In this document: piece by piece, positions 45,670-54,580 of the stretch
How the letters are laid out: each line of letters begins with the position of its first letter
Position numbering within the stretch: position 1 is the first letter of the stretch
From: an uncultured Christensenellaceae bacterium
GTDB taxonomy: Bacteria; Bacillota; Clostridia; Christensenellales; SZUA-584
Length of the DNA stretch: 64,000 nt
Assembly (NCBI GenBank): GCA_964510055.1
Contig: CAZDZY010000001.1
Location: 15,873-79,872 of the forward strand
Reading direction: 5' to 3'
Made by a program: the position numbers and the translations under genes
Notes under the pieces: model-generated
What the model was told of the DNA's origin: nothing
The model's database searches: none
Seen by the model: only the letters and a program-made list of their open reading frames with translations

Positions 45670-47058
45670 ATGGAGTTTGAGATATCGCGCAGTTCCGATA
45701 CGCCGCTGTCCCGCCAGATATACAGCCATATACGCGAGGGAATACAGAGCGGCAAGCTCCCCTCCGGGGCGCGGCTCGCTTCGACGCGCGCGCTGTCCGT
45801 GTCGCTGGGCGTATCGCGCAGCACCGTATGCGAAGCGTACTATATGCTTACCGCCGAGGGATTTATCGACAGCCGCCCGGGAGCGCCCACAAGGGTAAGG
45901 GAGGGCCTGTTGCTCGAACAGGCCGGTATCTCTCCAAAACCCGAGGCCCGACGCGAACCGCATGCCATTGCCGATTTTACGACAGGCCGGCCGGATCTTC
46001 GCGAGTTTCCCATGAGGTTGTGGCTAAAATCGCTGGAGTCTTCGATGCGCAGCCTCGATTACAGGGAATCGGGGTACCGGGGCCCGCAGGGCCTGAAGAT
46101 CTTAAGGGAAGAGATAGCGTCGTGGATGTACCGCAGTCGCGGTATAACCGCCTCTCCCGGCGATATATTCATAACGAGCGGCGCCACGCAGGCGCTCTAT
46201 ATCATAGCTGAAATGCTTGCGCTACCGGGAAGTAAAGCAATCGTCGAAGACCCGTGCGTAGCGGGAGTGCTCGATATGCTAAGGTATGTCGGATATGAAT
46301 TGCATCCCGTTCAGGTCGACAGCCGCGGGATAGCTGTTGACGTCCTTCCAAACGGCGCGCGCCTTATATACCTTACTCCTTCCCACCAATTCCCGCTCGG
46401 CAGCATACTGAGAGCCGACCGCCGCGCCGCTTTAGTGCGCCTCGCCCGCGAGACGGGTATGTATATAATAGAGGACGATTACGACAGCGAGTTCCGTCAT
46501 TCCGGCTCTCCCGTATCGCCGCTCTATTCGATGGACCCTCAGCGCGTAATCTACGTGGGCACTTTCAGCAAGCTGCTGTTTCCCGCGCTGCGCATAGGGT
46601 ACGCGATACTCCCCCGCGAATTGCACGAAGCCTGGAGGAGGCTGAAAGTTTACACCGACGTGCAGAATCCGTTGTGCGATCAGGCCGCCCTTGCCGAGTT
46701 TCTTAAAACCCGGAGGCTCGACCGCCACATACACGCCATGCGCAAGCTCTACGGCCGAAGGCGCGAAGCGCTGCTTGCGGCGCTCGGAGACGCGTTCAAA
46801 GACGGATTCCGCCCGCTCGGGGATGCGGCGGGACTGCATTTGGCCGCGCTGTTCCCGGGGCTGCGCTTTACCAACGGCTTTTCCGAAAGCGCGCGCGAAA
46901 ACGGCATACGCATAGCGGCGGCGGAGGTCCACGCGGTAACGAAAGGGCTGCATGAAGATACGCTGCTGTTCGGGTACGGCCATCTAAACGAACGCGAAAT
47001 AAAGGACGGCGTCCGGCTGCTTCGGGAGTTTATGGTGAAAGAAGGTTATATTAAGTAA
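45670..47058 (+). CDS. MocR/PdxR-type regulator (GntR wHTH fused to a fold-type I aminotransferase-like domain)
   Basis: N-terminal LPSGARLASTRALSVSLGVSRSTVCEAYYMLTAEGFI and a C-terminal aminotransferase-like domain with YVGTFSKLLFPALRIGY (PLP-lysine motif). Confidence 0.85.
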   Translation: MEFEISRSSDTPLSRQIYSHIREGIQSGKLPSGARLASTRALSVSLGVSRSTVCEAYYMLTAEGFIDSRPGAPTRVREGLLLEQAGISPKPEARREPHAIADFTTGRPDLREFPMRLWLKSLESSMRSLDYRESGYRGPQGLKILREEIASWMYRSRGITASPGDIFITSGATQALYIIAEMLALPGSKAIVEDPCVAGVLDMLRYVGYELHPVQVDSRGIAVDVLPNGARLIYLTPSHQFPLGSILRADRRAALVRLARETGMYIIEDDYDSEFRHSGSPVSPLYSMDPQRVIYVGTFSKLLFPALRIGYAILPRELHEAWRRLKVYTDVQNPLCDQAALAEFLKTRRLDRHIHAMRKLYGRRREALLAALGDAFKDGFRPLGDAAGLHLAALFPGLRFTNGFSESARENGIRIAAAEVHAVTKGLHEDTLLFGYGHLNEREIKDGVRLLREFMVKEGYIK

Positions 47059-47139
47059 ACCGCGTACGCTTGCATATTGTGGATTTATATATCAATATAT
47101 TGTATAATTTATATTAAATAGATTATTATAGAGTGGGGT

Positions 47140-47961
47140 ATGAAACGATATAAAATTGTCTCTCTTTTTTTGATCGTAACTCTGCCGTTTGCCGCCTGCG
47201 GCCGGGAGCCCGGCGTTACGGTAATATCCGTTCCGGTTGTAACTGCGCCTGAAAAAACCATAGCTCCCGGCGTTTCCGTTTCCCGGCCTGAAAATACGGC
47301 TGAGCCTAAAAAGCAATATGGCGTCTTTGAAGAGCCCGGCGGCATGCCTATGACGATACCCGATTTAAGCGAAACAGATAAAGCGAAATTTGATCCTGGT
47401 AAAGTGTACGAATATCTCATTACGTCTCCTTATGCATGTCATCATTACATAATAAACGGAGCGCAGAAAAAAGAAGGCAAGCTTTACTTAACTATAACAG
47501 ATGAAGTACATTTTAACGAACAAACCGAGGCCACAAATCTGCTGATAAATATGTTCTCATTATCTGAGAAAAATATATTGGAGCTGCGTGAGTTTTCAGG
47601 AGGTTCTTTCGACGAAGGGGAGTTCACGATGGTGAAATCTATAATATGCAGCAAAATGCTTAATCCCATCCCCGTTTCGGAAAATGCTTATATCGAAATT
47701 GAAAACGAAGAGACCTTGGAGACGGAGCAGCTTACAACACTGGAATTTGCCGATTCGCTTTTAGACGGTAAAAGCGAAAATAACAGCCTTGAACTGTATT
47801 ATATGTATTTTGAGTGCTCCGATAACGAAATAACCGCAATATATCAGGGGAGCAGCGGTTACGAGGATTGGGGTGAAGGTAGCTTCGGCAGTAATGACCC
47901 GTGGTGTGACGATTATGACTACAAGGGCGACTACGAAGACGAGGGCGGCTACGAAGATTAA
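47140..47961 (+). CDS. Lipoprotein of unknown function with an acidic Tyr/Asp/Glu-rich tail
   Basis: Lipobox PFAACG after MKRYKIVSLFLIVTL. GGGG SD. Ends DDYDYKGDYEDEGGYED, then TAA. Confidence 0.65.
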   Translation: MKRYKIVSLFLIVTLPFAACGREPGVTVISVPVVTAPEKTIAPGVSVSRPENTAEPKKQYGVFEEPGGMPMTIPDLSETDKAKFDPGKVYEYLITSPYACHHYIINGAQKKEGKLYLTITDEVHFNEQTEATNLLINMFSLSEKNILELREFSGGSFDEGEFTMVKSIICSKMLNPIPVSENAYIEIENEETLETEQLTTLEFADSLLDGKSENNSLELYYMYFECSDNEITAIYQGSSGYEDWGEGSFGSNDPWCDDYDYKGDYEDEGGYED

Positions 47962-48174
47962 GCGGTCCCGGGAGATTCGTCTGGCCTTACCGATGTTGAG
48001 TGCGATCCCAAGGCGCCGGTTACGGCCCCCCTGCCCAAATTACTGCTGGGAATAAAAAGCGTAACAATGAAAACGCTTCTTAAAAACACTGACAGCGAAA
48101 TCTATTCGGACAACGTTTGGTTCGAATATTCGGATGGTAAGATAACTGCTTTGATACGGGAATATTCACAGTAA
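47962..48174 (+). other. 70 sense codons open in the same frame directly after the TAA of the lipoprotein gene (gene remnant or read-through extension)
   Basis: AVPGDSSGLTDVECDPKAPVTAPLPKLLLGIKSVTMKTLLKNTDSEIYSDNVWFEYSDGKITALIREYSQ, then TAA at 48172..48174. The motif WFEYSDGKITALI echoes YFECSDNEITAIY in the upstream gene. Confidence 0.4.
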
Positions 48175-48234
48175 GCACGCTGATCCGATGATATTGCAGA
48201 CGCGGCCGCCGACCGCCCTTCTCTCATATAAAAA

Positions 48235-48254
48235 GGGCTGCCGTACAGCAGCCC
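48235..48254 (-). terminator. Hairpin terminator of the 133-aa gene (weaker in the plus direction)
   Basis: GGGCTGC-6 nt-GCAGCCC, with TTTTT following on the minus strand. Confidence 0.65.
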
Positions 48255-48268
48255 TTATAGTGTTTTCT

Positions 48269-48670
48269 TCATATCAGCAGCCTTGACAGCACGCCGATCG
48301 CCCCGCCCAATATCGCAGCTAAAATAGCTATATACAAACTCGTTTTCCGGTCTTCTTTTTTCGAAGTGTTCCTGACTATCTGGTCCAGCTTTTCTTCCAG
48401 CCCCGCAAACCTCTGTTCAAATACTTCGAACCTTCCGTTCATCAGAGTATCGATATAACCTACTTTGCCGTTCAGCGTCGCGTACATATTATCGATTTTA
48501 CCGTTCAGCGTCGCATGAAGGTTATCGACTTTGCAGTTCAGCGCAGCGTCAAGCTTCTCGATGTCCCCGTTTGCCTTCGCCAGAAAATTGCATGAATAGC
48601 TTATCTTTTCTTCAATGCGATCTATATTATCCTCCATCTTTGACAGGCGTTCATTGTGCTCAATCGTCAT
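48269..48670 (-). CDS. Tail-anchored coiled-coil protein with five 11-residue repeats
   Basis: AAGGATGG SD. The C-terminal TM helix is SLYIAILAAILGGAIGVLSRLLI. The repeats are NGDIEKLDAAL, NCKVDNLHATL, NGKIDNMYATL, NGKVGYIDTLM and NGRFEVFEQRF. Confidence 0.65.
   Translation of the reverse strand: MTIEHNERLSKMEDNIDRIEEKISYSCNFLAKANGDIEKLDAALNCKVDNLHATLNGKIDNMYATLNGKVGYIDTLMNGRFEVFEQRFAGLEEKLDQIVRNTSKKEDRKTSLYIAILAAILGGAIGVLSRLLI
48431..48595 (-). repeat. Coding 33-nt tandem repeat (about 5 units)
   Basis: Plus-strand units sit at 48464..48496, 48497..48529 and 48530..48562, of the type TTTxCxGTTCAGCG(T/C)(C/A)GC...ATCGA(T/C). They are flanked by more diverged units. Confidence 0.7.
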
Positions 48671-48757
48671 ATTAATTCCATCCTTATAGTTTCATTTACC
48701 CCTATATTTATTATATGCGATGCACGTTAAAATGCTCTCGTTTGGCAACCTAAGCAC

Positions 48758-48786
48758 AATAAAAACAAGCTCCCCCTTTGGAGAGC
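48758..48786 (-). terminator. Intrinsic terminator of the binding-protein-like lipoprotein gene
   Basis: On the minus strand: GCTCTCC-aaag-GGGGAGC followed by TTGTTTTTATT. Confidence 0.6.
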
Positions 48787-48835
48787 CTGTCAGCGTCTTG
48801 TTCTATCCGTACACATGCTATAAGCGTATTAAACC

Positions 48836-49945
48836 TTAACTCGCCGCCCCGTAATATTCCCTTAAGCTGTCCATCCAGCTTTCGTTCCACATTGCCGCTG
48901 TCTCCCCGTAAAAATCGATAAGCGCCTGCACGCCGTTTTGCGCAACGTCGGACGCGTTTATAACTACGGGCTGCAATTCAAGCGTAACGCTTCCCTCGCC
49001 CTTAAGCCCTTTGAGCGCGGCGCGCACGCTGAGCGCTCCCGCGAGGTATGTATCGGCGCCCGCAGACTGGGCGAAAACCTCCGGGCTCTTTTCCATCCGC
49101 TCCACAGTCGCAGCCGTAACGCCGGGGCAGAACACCTCTATGTCCGTACGGCTCTGCGCTTCCAGGGAGTCAAGCGCATTTATGGCAAGCTGCGTATCCT
49201 CGGCATATACACCGTCGAGCATGCCCTCAATATAGCCGTCCAGCTTCGCCGTAAGCCACTCCCCTGCAGGCTTCTCCTCTTCCGACGCTATATATACTTC
49301 CTTGGGAAATATCTTGCCTTCGTCGTAAAGCTGCTGGTAGAGCTTATAGCTTTCTGTCTCCTTGCTCTCGAACATAAGTATAAGCCTTACGGGCGTATCA
49401 TGCGGCGGAAAGCTTAGCGCCGCGTCCAGCGCGAGACCGACTTCATTATCAGGAGTATAGTAGATATGCGAAACGCTTGCCGGGGCGTCGCCTTTTTGCA
49501 TCTCAAATACGGCAACGGGCAGGCCCTTCCCCACCGCGGCATCGATCGCGCTGAAGTTTGACTGTTCATTGAAAAGGCACGCTATCACGGCGTCCGCGCT
49601 GTTTTGGGCGGCGTTTGAGACTGCGGCGTCGAAACCGTCTCCCGCCGCGTCGGTGTCAAGTGTTACGCCAAGGCTTTTCGCTTCCGCCTGCGCTCCCCCA
49701 AAGAACAGCGCTGATTCCTCTTCGCTGCCGTTGCTTATTACCGCTATGCTTACCTTCTCTTTGCCGAACACCGCGTCAAGGCCTTCCTTCGGCGGCGCAC
49801 TGGGAGTTGCGGTTGCCGACGGTGTTGTCCCCGTCTCCGTGACAGCGGTATCGGTACAGCCCGCTAACGCCGTACAGATCATCGTTATAGTCAAAATAAA
49901 TATTAAAATTGTTGTACATCTTCTGCTGCCCAAGTTCTTTTTCAT
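48836..49945 (-). CDS. Periplasmic-binding-protein type I (sugar-binding/LacI-like fold) lipoprotein, not next to transporter genes
   Basis: Lipobox ALAGC. KVSIAVISNGSEEESALFFGGAQAEAKSLGVTLD...ADAVIACLFN...GLPVAVFE resembles RbsB-like binding proteins. Confidence 0.5.
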   Translation of the reverse strand: MKKNLGSRRCTTILIFILTITMICTALAGCTDTAVTETGTTPSATATPSAPPKEGLDAVFGKEKVSIAVISNGSEEESALFFGGAQAEAKSLGVTLDTDAAGDGFDAAVSNAAQNSADAVIACLFNEQSNFSAIDAAVGKGLPVAVFEMQKGDAPASVSHIYYTPDNEVGLALDAALSFPPHDTPVRLILMFESKETESYKLYQQLYDEGKIFPKEVYIASEEEKPAGEWLTAKLDGYIEGMLDGVYAEDTQLAINALDSLEAQSRTDIEVFCPGVTAATVERMEKSPEVFAQSAGADTYLAGALSVRAALKGLKGEGSVTLELQPVVINASDVAQNGVQALIDFYGETAAMWNESWMDSLREYYGAAS

Positions 49946-50023
49946 TCGTTACGTACGCTCCGCGTTATTATTAATTTTCTTGATATTAACATAATAAACA
50001 ATAACGCGGCTTTTCGCAAGCTT

Positions 50024-50734
50024 TTATGCCAGAAGACCGCGCGCTTTTAAGCTCTCAAACAGCGCCTTGGCGTCTCCTTCACGGTTTTCCAATATATACT
50101 TCGCGAAAGCAGGCTTCATTAAAAGGCTGCTCATGATGCGCCCGCTCAGCCCCTGCAAAGCGTGTTTTCTTTTTGCTTTGATATCACTCACCAGCCGAGC
50201 GCCCAACGCTTTCGCTTTTTCCAGTACTGCCATGTCAACCTTCCTTCCACCACGGGTGCTCTCTCCCAAAAAACCCGAGGCAAAACTGCGGGCAAACGTT
50301 CCATTAACGCCGAAACGCGAAAGCGACTTGGCGACTTTACGGGCTGTGCCCGCCGAATTCGCCGCGGCTATACCCGCCATATACTTACCTCCGAGCGACG
50401 ACGTAGATACCTCAAGCATGCCAAACCTGTCTATGAGGTTCTTCATTATTGCGTTAGGCGCAGCCGCGTATACCGGCGTGCCCCATATTATGCCTTCCGC
50501 TTTGGTCATCATCTTTTTTATCGCTTCGAAATCGTCATTCTTATAGCATTTCCCCGCCTTCATGCATTTCAGGCAGCCTTCGCAAAATCCGATATTCTTT
50601 TTGGGCAGCTCTATTACAGTTACCTCCGCTCCCGCGGCCTTGGCTCCTTCGAGCGCCGCGCGCACGAGCGCCGCGCTGAAGCTCCCCTCTCGCGCGCTGC
50701 TTATCACTCCCGTTACATTGATCGTTCTTTCCAT
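50024..50734 (-). CDS. Flavodoxin-fold NAD(P)H-dependent FMN reductase / iron-sulfur flavoprotein-like protein
   Basis: VTGVISSAREGSFS, a Cys cluster CEGCLKCMKAGKC and WGTPVYAAAPNAIMKNLIDR. Confidence 0.7.
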   Translation of the reverse strand: MERTINVTGVISSAREGSFSAALVRAALEGAKAAGAEVTVIELPKKNIGFCEGCLKCMKAGKCYKNDDFEAIKKMMTKAEGIIWGTPVYAAAPNAIMKNLIDRFGMLEVSTSSLGGKYMAGIAAANSAGTARKVAKSLSRFGVNGTFARSFASGFLGESTRGGRKVDMAVLEKAKALGARLVSDIKAKRKHALQGLSGRIMSSLLMKPAFAKYILENREGDAKALFESLKARGLLA

Positions 50735-50871
50735 ATTACTGCTCCTTTCCGCGGCAGTTGACAGCGCCGCCCCTATCTGATATACTATTAGTATATTATC
50801 AATACTTTCGGTATATTTCGTATACTCATAGTATACCCGTCATGCAGAAATGTCAATAGGGAGCTGAAAAA

Positions 50872-51510
50872 ATGACTACACGAACTGAAAAAGAAAAACT
50901 GATGCGCGAAGAGGATATAATATCCGCGGCGGAAAAGCTGTTTTCCGAGAGGGGCTACGAACAGACGTCGATGGACGACATAGCCGCGCAGGCGGAATTT
51001 ACCAAGAGAACCGTATACCAGTATTTCGCGGGCAAGCAGGACCTTTATTACGCGGTCGTGCTGCGCGGCATGCGGCAGTTACTGGAAAGTGTAAGAACCG
51101 CGGGCGAAGATAAAAATGGCCTTGACAGGTTGCGTGAAAAACGCCTCGCTGCGTGGCGCTGCGCGCGCGAGCATGCCGACGCGTTTGGCGTTATGTCCCA
51201 GATAAAGCTTATAAGAAACGCCGAGGCAAGCGGCGTATACGAGCAGCAGATAGCTGCCTTGAGCGCGGAGCTGTTTTCAATGTTCCGCGGCGCGCTCGAG
51301 CAGTGCTGGAGCGACGGCAGCATACCCCGGCCCAAAGAGCCGCTTGAGCCATATGCCGCGTTCTTTATATTTGTAGGAACGCTTGCCAGACTGACGGACG
51401 TAGGCGAAGCGTACGCGGCGCAATTCGGGACAGACATTGAAACATTCGCATTATACGTGTTATCGCTTACCGACAGGCTGTTCGTGCCATGGGAAAATAA
51501 TGTCTCATAA
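50872..51510 (+). CDS. TetR/AcrR-family transcriptional regulator
   Basis: N-terminal HTH AAEKLFSERGYEQTSMDDIAAQAEFTKRTVYQYF. Divergent from the flavoprotein gene. Confidence 0.85.
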   Translation: MTTRTEKEKLMREEDIISAAEKLFSERGYEQTSMDDIAAQAEFTKRTVYQYFAGKQDLYYAVVLRGMRQLLESVRTAGEDKNGLDRLREKRLAAWRCAREHADAFGVMSQIKLIRNAEASGVYEQQIAALSAELFSMFRGALEQCWSDGSIPRPKEPLEPYAAFFIFVGTLARLTDVGEAYAAQFGTDIETFALYVLSLTDRLFVPWENNVS

Positions 51511-51639
51511 TATATATTGATACATATTGTGCATAGATCATTCGCTGTTTTTACCGTCTCTATCTCTCCGCTTGCTTTCAACCTGCAATAAAAAAGTCCG
51601 TGGTATAAATTACAATATTATAATATAATACGGGGAAAC

Positions 51640-52215
51640 GTGATGTATGAAGAGGATGACAATATGAAAGAAAATCCGGAGGCAGCAGCTCATTTATTGA
51701 TTAGGCCCTTTACTTCCAAAGACTTGGATTTTGTGATACAAGGCCAATTGAAATTATACGAGGCGGAATATGGCTTTAACTCCGCCATATGGAGATCATA
51801 TATAACTGATGGCGTTCACGGGCTTGCCCATAATTTCGACATTGAAAAAGACTGTATACTTATTCTCGAACACCGCGAAGCCCCGGCGGGCTGCGCCGCC
51901 GTCGCGCATATCAGCGGAGAAACGGCTCAATTCAGGTTCTTTTTCATTGAGCGTGAACTAAGAGGCCTTGGCGCAGGGCGCAGGCTGCTCGATGCTGCGA
52001 TGGAATTCTGCAGAGAGAAAAAATACAAACGTGTATTTTTATGGACTTTCAGTACGCTGCACGCAGCGAGGCACCTTTACGAGAGCATGGGTTTTAAGCT
52101 AACGGAAGCCCACGGGAAATCTGATTGGGGAACACCGATAACCGAGGAGAGGTGGGAGCTGGAATTGCGTACAGCCGATAAGCTTCAGAGAAAAGTAAAT
52201 ATCAAAAGAAAATGA
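51640..52215 (+). CDS. GNAT-family N-acetyltransferase
   Basis: Motif A FFFIERELRGLGAGRRLLDAAMEF. The start is uncertain (GTG 51640, ATG 51643 or ATG 51664). Confidence 0.75.
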   Translation: MMYEEDDNMKENPEAAAHLLIRPFTSKDLDFVIQGQLKLYEAEYGFNSAIWRSYITDGVHGLAHNFDIEKDCILILEHREAPAGCAAVAHISGETAQFRFFFIERELRGLGAGRRLLDAAMEFCREKKYKRVFLWTFSTLHAARHLYESMGFKLTEAHGKSDWGTPITEERWELELRTADKLQRKVNIKRK

Positions 52216-52280
52216 TCCCTGATCTTTTCGTTGTTCCGCCATAATCTCTTAAAATAAGACGTTCCTTTCATTCCCCGGCT

Positions 52281-54167
52281 TCACTGCTGCGCCTGTATTA
52301 AATCCGGCTCCGCGGGCGCGTCTTGCCGGCATAAAGCCTCGAGCTCTATAATACGGCCATACTGCACAAAGAATTTACACATAGGAAAACCGTCTTTGTG
52401 CGTTATTGTTATAATGGCAGTGTCTTCCCAGCCCGTGTTCCTGTCTATAGTCACAGTATAATCCGCCCTATTTGTGATGGTGTACCTCGCGTTCATCTCA
52501 TTGATCATAGCGTCGAATCCTTCGGCGTCGCTCAGCGAAAACGTATCGGCGTATACCGAAACATCGAACGGCACATCCATGTCCATAAGCACGAAACCGC
52601 TGTCTTTCCGGTAATCGGTCGTCTCCGGCCGTTCATCGTCCATGGGAACGATAACATTGATCTGAAAACCCATAGCAGCCGGGCAGGGGTATCCCGGCGG
52701 GTTGTCCTGGTAAAATACGCAGCCAAAATCGACGACGGGGTTATCCCATGTCGGCTTGCGTTCCTGATCCTGTTCGGCCAGCGAAAGCTCGGCATCGCTC
52801 TTCCTGAGCCCGCCGTTTTCAAGATTCGGATCATAGCCCGGCACCTTATCACGCACCACCGCCAACTCGATCCCCAGCTGCCGCATCGTATCGACCGCCT
52901 TCTCCTCGGTCATGCCGATCAGGTCGGGTATGACCACGTAATACCGTTTTTCCAGCAGCCTCTGGTATTCTCTGTAGGTAAGGGCCGATTTAAGTATCTC
53001 TGTCTGCCGCGGCGACAATTCTTCTTCGTCTTTGTTGATCTTAACTTTCAGCACGTCTTTAAGGGTATACTTTGATATTTGCGCTTCATGTGTCACCGTT
53101 TCATCAGCGGCAAGCCGTATTTCGTCTTTCTCCGTGTCCGCCGTTACGGCGACCTGCAGGCCGTACTCCGCGATCAGAAGCTTCGTCAGCTCGGCTGCCC
53201 GTATGATATCGCTGTCGCCGCATTTGCCTCTAAAATAGAAACGAGCCGTACTGCCTTCGGCGTCCGATATATATCCTTTTTCTATCAGTTCCATTATACC
53301 AAGCAGCGCCGCGTGATTTAATCGCATATCGCCCGCGTAATCCAGCAGGTATTGGATAGTCCTGCCGTCCCGCGTATGGAAGAATATATCACGCACGCAC
53401 GCGGAATACGTATAATCTATCATCACAAATTCCATTTCAACGCCGGGGCTTTCGCCGCCCTTATCTTCTTCAGGCGGCAATTCCGGACATGCGTCGGGCT
53501 CGCCCGCCCCTTCCAGCACGATCTGCAATTTGTTTGCATCCGCGTCCTGTATAACATCGACCGATATGTTCTGCTGGGACGCGGCGGTTTTAATAATATT
53601 CGTCATAACGGATAGCGTATCCAGCGTCATTATGCTGCTCGAAAGCGATATGTTTATCTCATCCTGTATTTCTGCGGCGGTCAGATACCCCTGCAGCATC
53701 AGCTGGTTGACGACCATTATAGTCGCGTTTTCCAGCGACATTCCCGTAAAATCGATTCCGGCAATGAGCGCCGCGCCGTCTTCGTTCAGGCCTACGACCT
53801 CGGTAACGATGCCGCCAGCGTCCAGCCGGATCTCAACGTCGGGATTCATGCTCAGCACTATTGCCGTGGCGTAGTCCTTCTTTCCCGCAGCCGGGGCAGC
53901 CTGCACCGTTTCAGTTGGAGCGCCCGAAGACGCTGTCGCGCTGTTCAGGGCGATATGATTGGTCCTGTTCATAAGCGCCGGCGTAATTATTATCGCCAGA
54001 GCGGCAACCGCGCACGCTGCGCAGGCTGCCAATGCAATTTTCCTTAATCTCTTTTGTTTTCGTGATACCGCGGCGTTATACTCCTTAAGTATGCCGCCGA
54101 GCATCTGTTTCTTTTTACTATCGTCAAGCTTTATGTTATCGTAACTTTCGCGTATCGCCCGTTTCAT
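52281..54167 (-). CDS. Anti-sigma factor-like single-pass membrane protein with a large extracytoplasmic region that includes a PASTA-like module
   Basis: GAGGGAGGAAGT SD. ATG 54167 overlaps the sigma gene stop (ATGA). A short cytoplasmic N-terminus is followed by the TM helix IALAACAACAVAALAIIITPAL. An RsgI-middle-like segment is present (AIVLSMNPDVEIRLDAGGIVTEVVGLNEDGAALI), along with a PASTA-like segment (VVIPDLIGMTEEKAVDTMRQLGIELAVV). Confidence 0.6.
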   Translation of the reverse strand: MKRAIRESYDNIKLDDSKKKQMLGGILKEYNAAVSRKQKRLRKIALAACAACAVAALAIIITPALMNRTNHIALNSATASSGAPTETVQAAPAAGKKDYATAIVLSMNPDVEIRLDAGGIVTEVVGLNEDGAALIAGIDFTGMSLENATIMVVNQLMLQGYLTAAEIQDEINISLSSSIMTLDTLSVMTNIIKTAASQQNISVDVIQDADANKLQIVLEGAGEPDACPELPPEEDKGGESPGVEMEFVMIDYTYSACVRDIFFHTRDGRTIQYLLDYAGDMRLNHAALLGIMELIEKGYISDAEGSTARFYFRGKCGDSDIIRAAELTKLLIAEYGLQVAVTADTEKDEIRLAADETVTHEAQISKYTLKDVLKVKINKDEEELSPRQTEILKSALTYREYQRLLEKRYYVVIPDLIGMTEEKAVDTMRQLGIELAVVRDKVPGYDPNLENGGLRKSDAELSLAEQDQERKPTWDNPVVDFGCVFYQDNPPGYPCPAAMGFQINVIVPMDDERPETTDYRKDSGFVLMDMDVPFDVSVYADTFSLSDAEGFDAMINEMNARYTITNRADYTVTIDRNTGWEDTAIITITHKDGFPMCKFFVQYGRIIELEALCRQDAPAEPDLIQAQQ

Positions 54168-54580
54168 ACTTCCTCCCTCAGCATCTTCCTCAGCATGGCG
54201 CGCCCGCGGTGCAGATACCCCCATACGGTAGACTCCGTTTTTCCGATCATGTCCCCTATCTCCTTCGCGGTGTAGCCCTCGTAGTAATGCAGGTAGATTG
54301 AGACGCGTTCGTTCTCGGGCATCCCGAGCACTGCCTCGAGCGTCTCGTCTTTTTCGTCCCGCGAGTCGTGCCTGTCCGCAATGAGCTCCAGGTCGCTCCG
54401 GTAACTCCGCTTAAGCATGTTCCTGCAAATGTTCGAGGCTGTTACTATAAGCCAGGCTTTCGCATGCCCTTCGCTCTTAAAGCGCATACCTTTGCGCACG
54501 AGCGCAAGAAAAGCTGACTGCACGGCGTCTTCAATATCCATGCGGCGGCCTTTCATGTACGTAAAGCACACCCGGTACAC
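54164..54580 (-). CDS. ECF-type RNA polymerase sigma-70 family factor (the true start is probably upstream of the listed GTG)
   Basis: Region 2 (DAVQSAFLALV, AWLIVTASNICRNMLKR) and region 4 HTH (YEGYTAKEIGDMIGKTESTVWGYLHRGR). The frame is open for 22 more codons upstream (ERKGIIFTRDEITRLYYEHADT), which would complete helix 2.1. Confidence 0.8.
   Translation of the reverse strand: MYRVCFTYMKGRRMDIEDAVQSAFLALVRKGMRFKSEGHAKAWLIVTASNICRNMLKRSYRSDLELIADRHDSRDEKDETLEAVLGMPENERVSIYLHYYEGYTAKEIGDMIGKTESTVWGYLHRGRAMLRKMLREEV

Noticed and set aside
48110-48135. GGTTCGAAT, a tRNA T-loop-like string.
   Set aside because: No flanking T-stem complementarity, acceptor stem or anticodon arm can be drawn. 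It lies inside the open frame that follows the lipoprotein gene.
48067-48174. An independent 35-codon gene (MKTLLKNTDSEIYSDNVWFEYSDGKITALIREYSQ).
   Set aside because: No SD-like sequence precedes the ATG, and the frame is open for 35 further codons upstream, back to the lipoprotein stop. It is treated as part of the post-stop extension or remnant instead.
48431-48595. A regular 33-nt periodic repeat that could be mistaken for a short CRISPR array.
   Set aside because: The units are directly adjacent with no spacers, are in frame within a well-supported ORF, and translate to 11-residue protein repeats. No cas genes are present.
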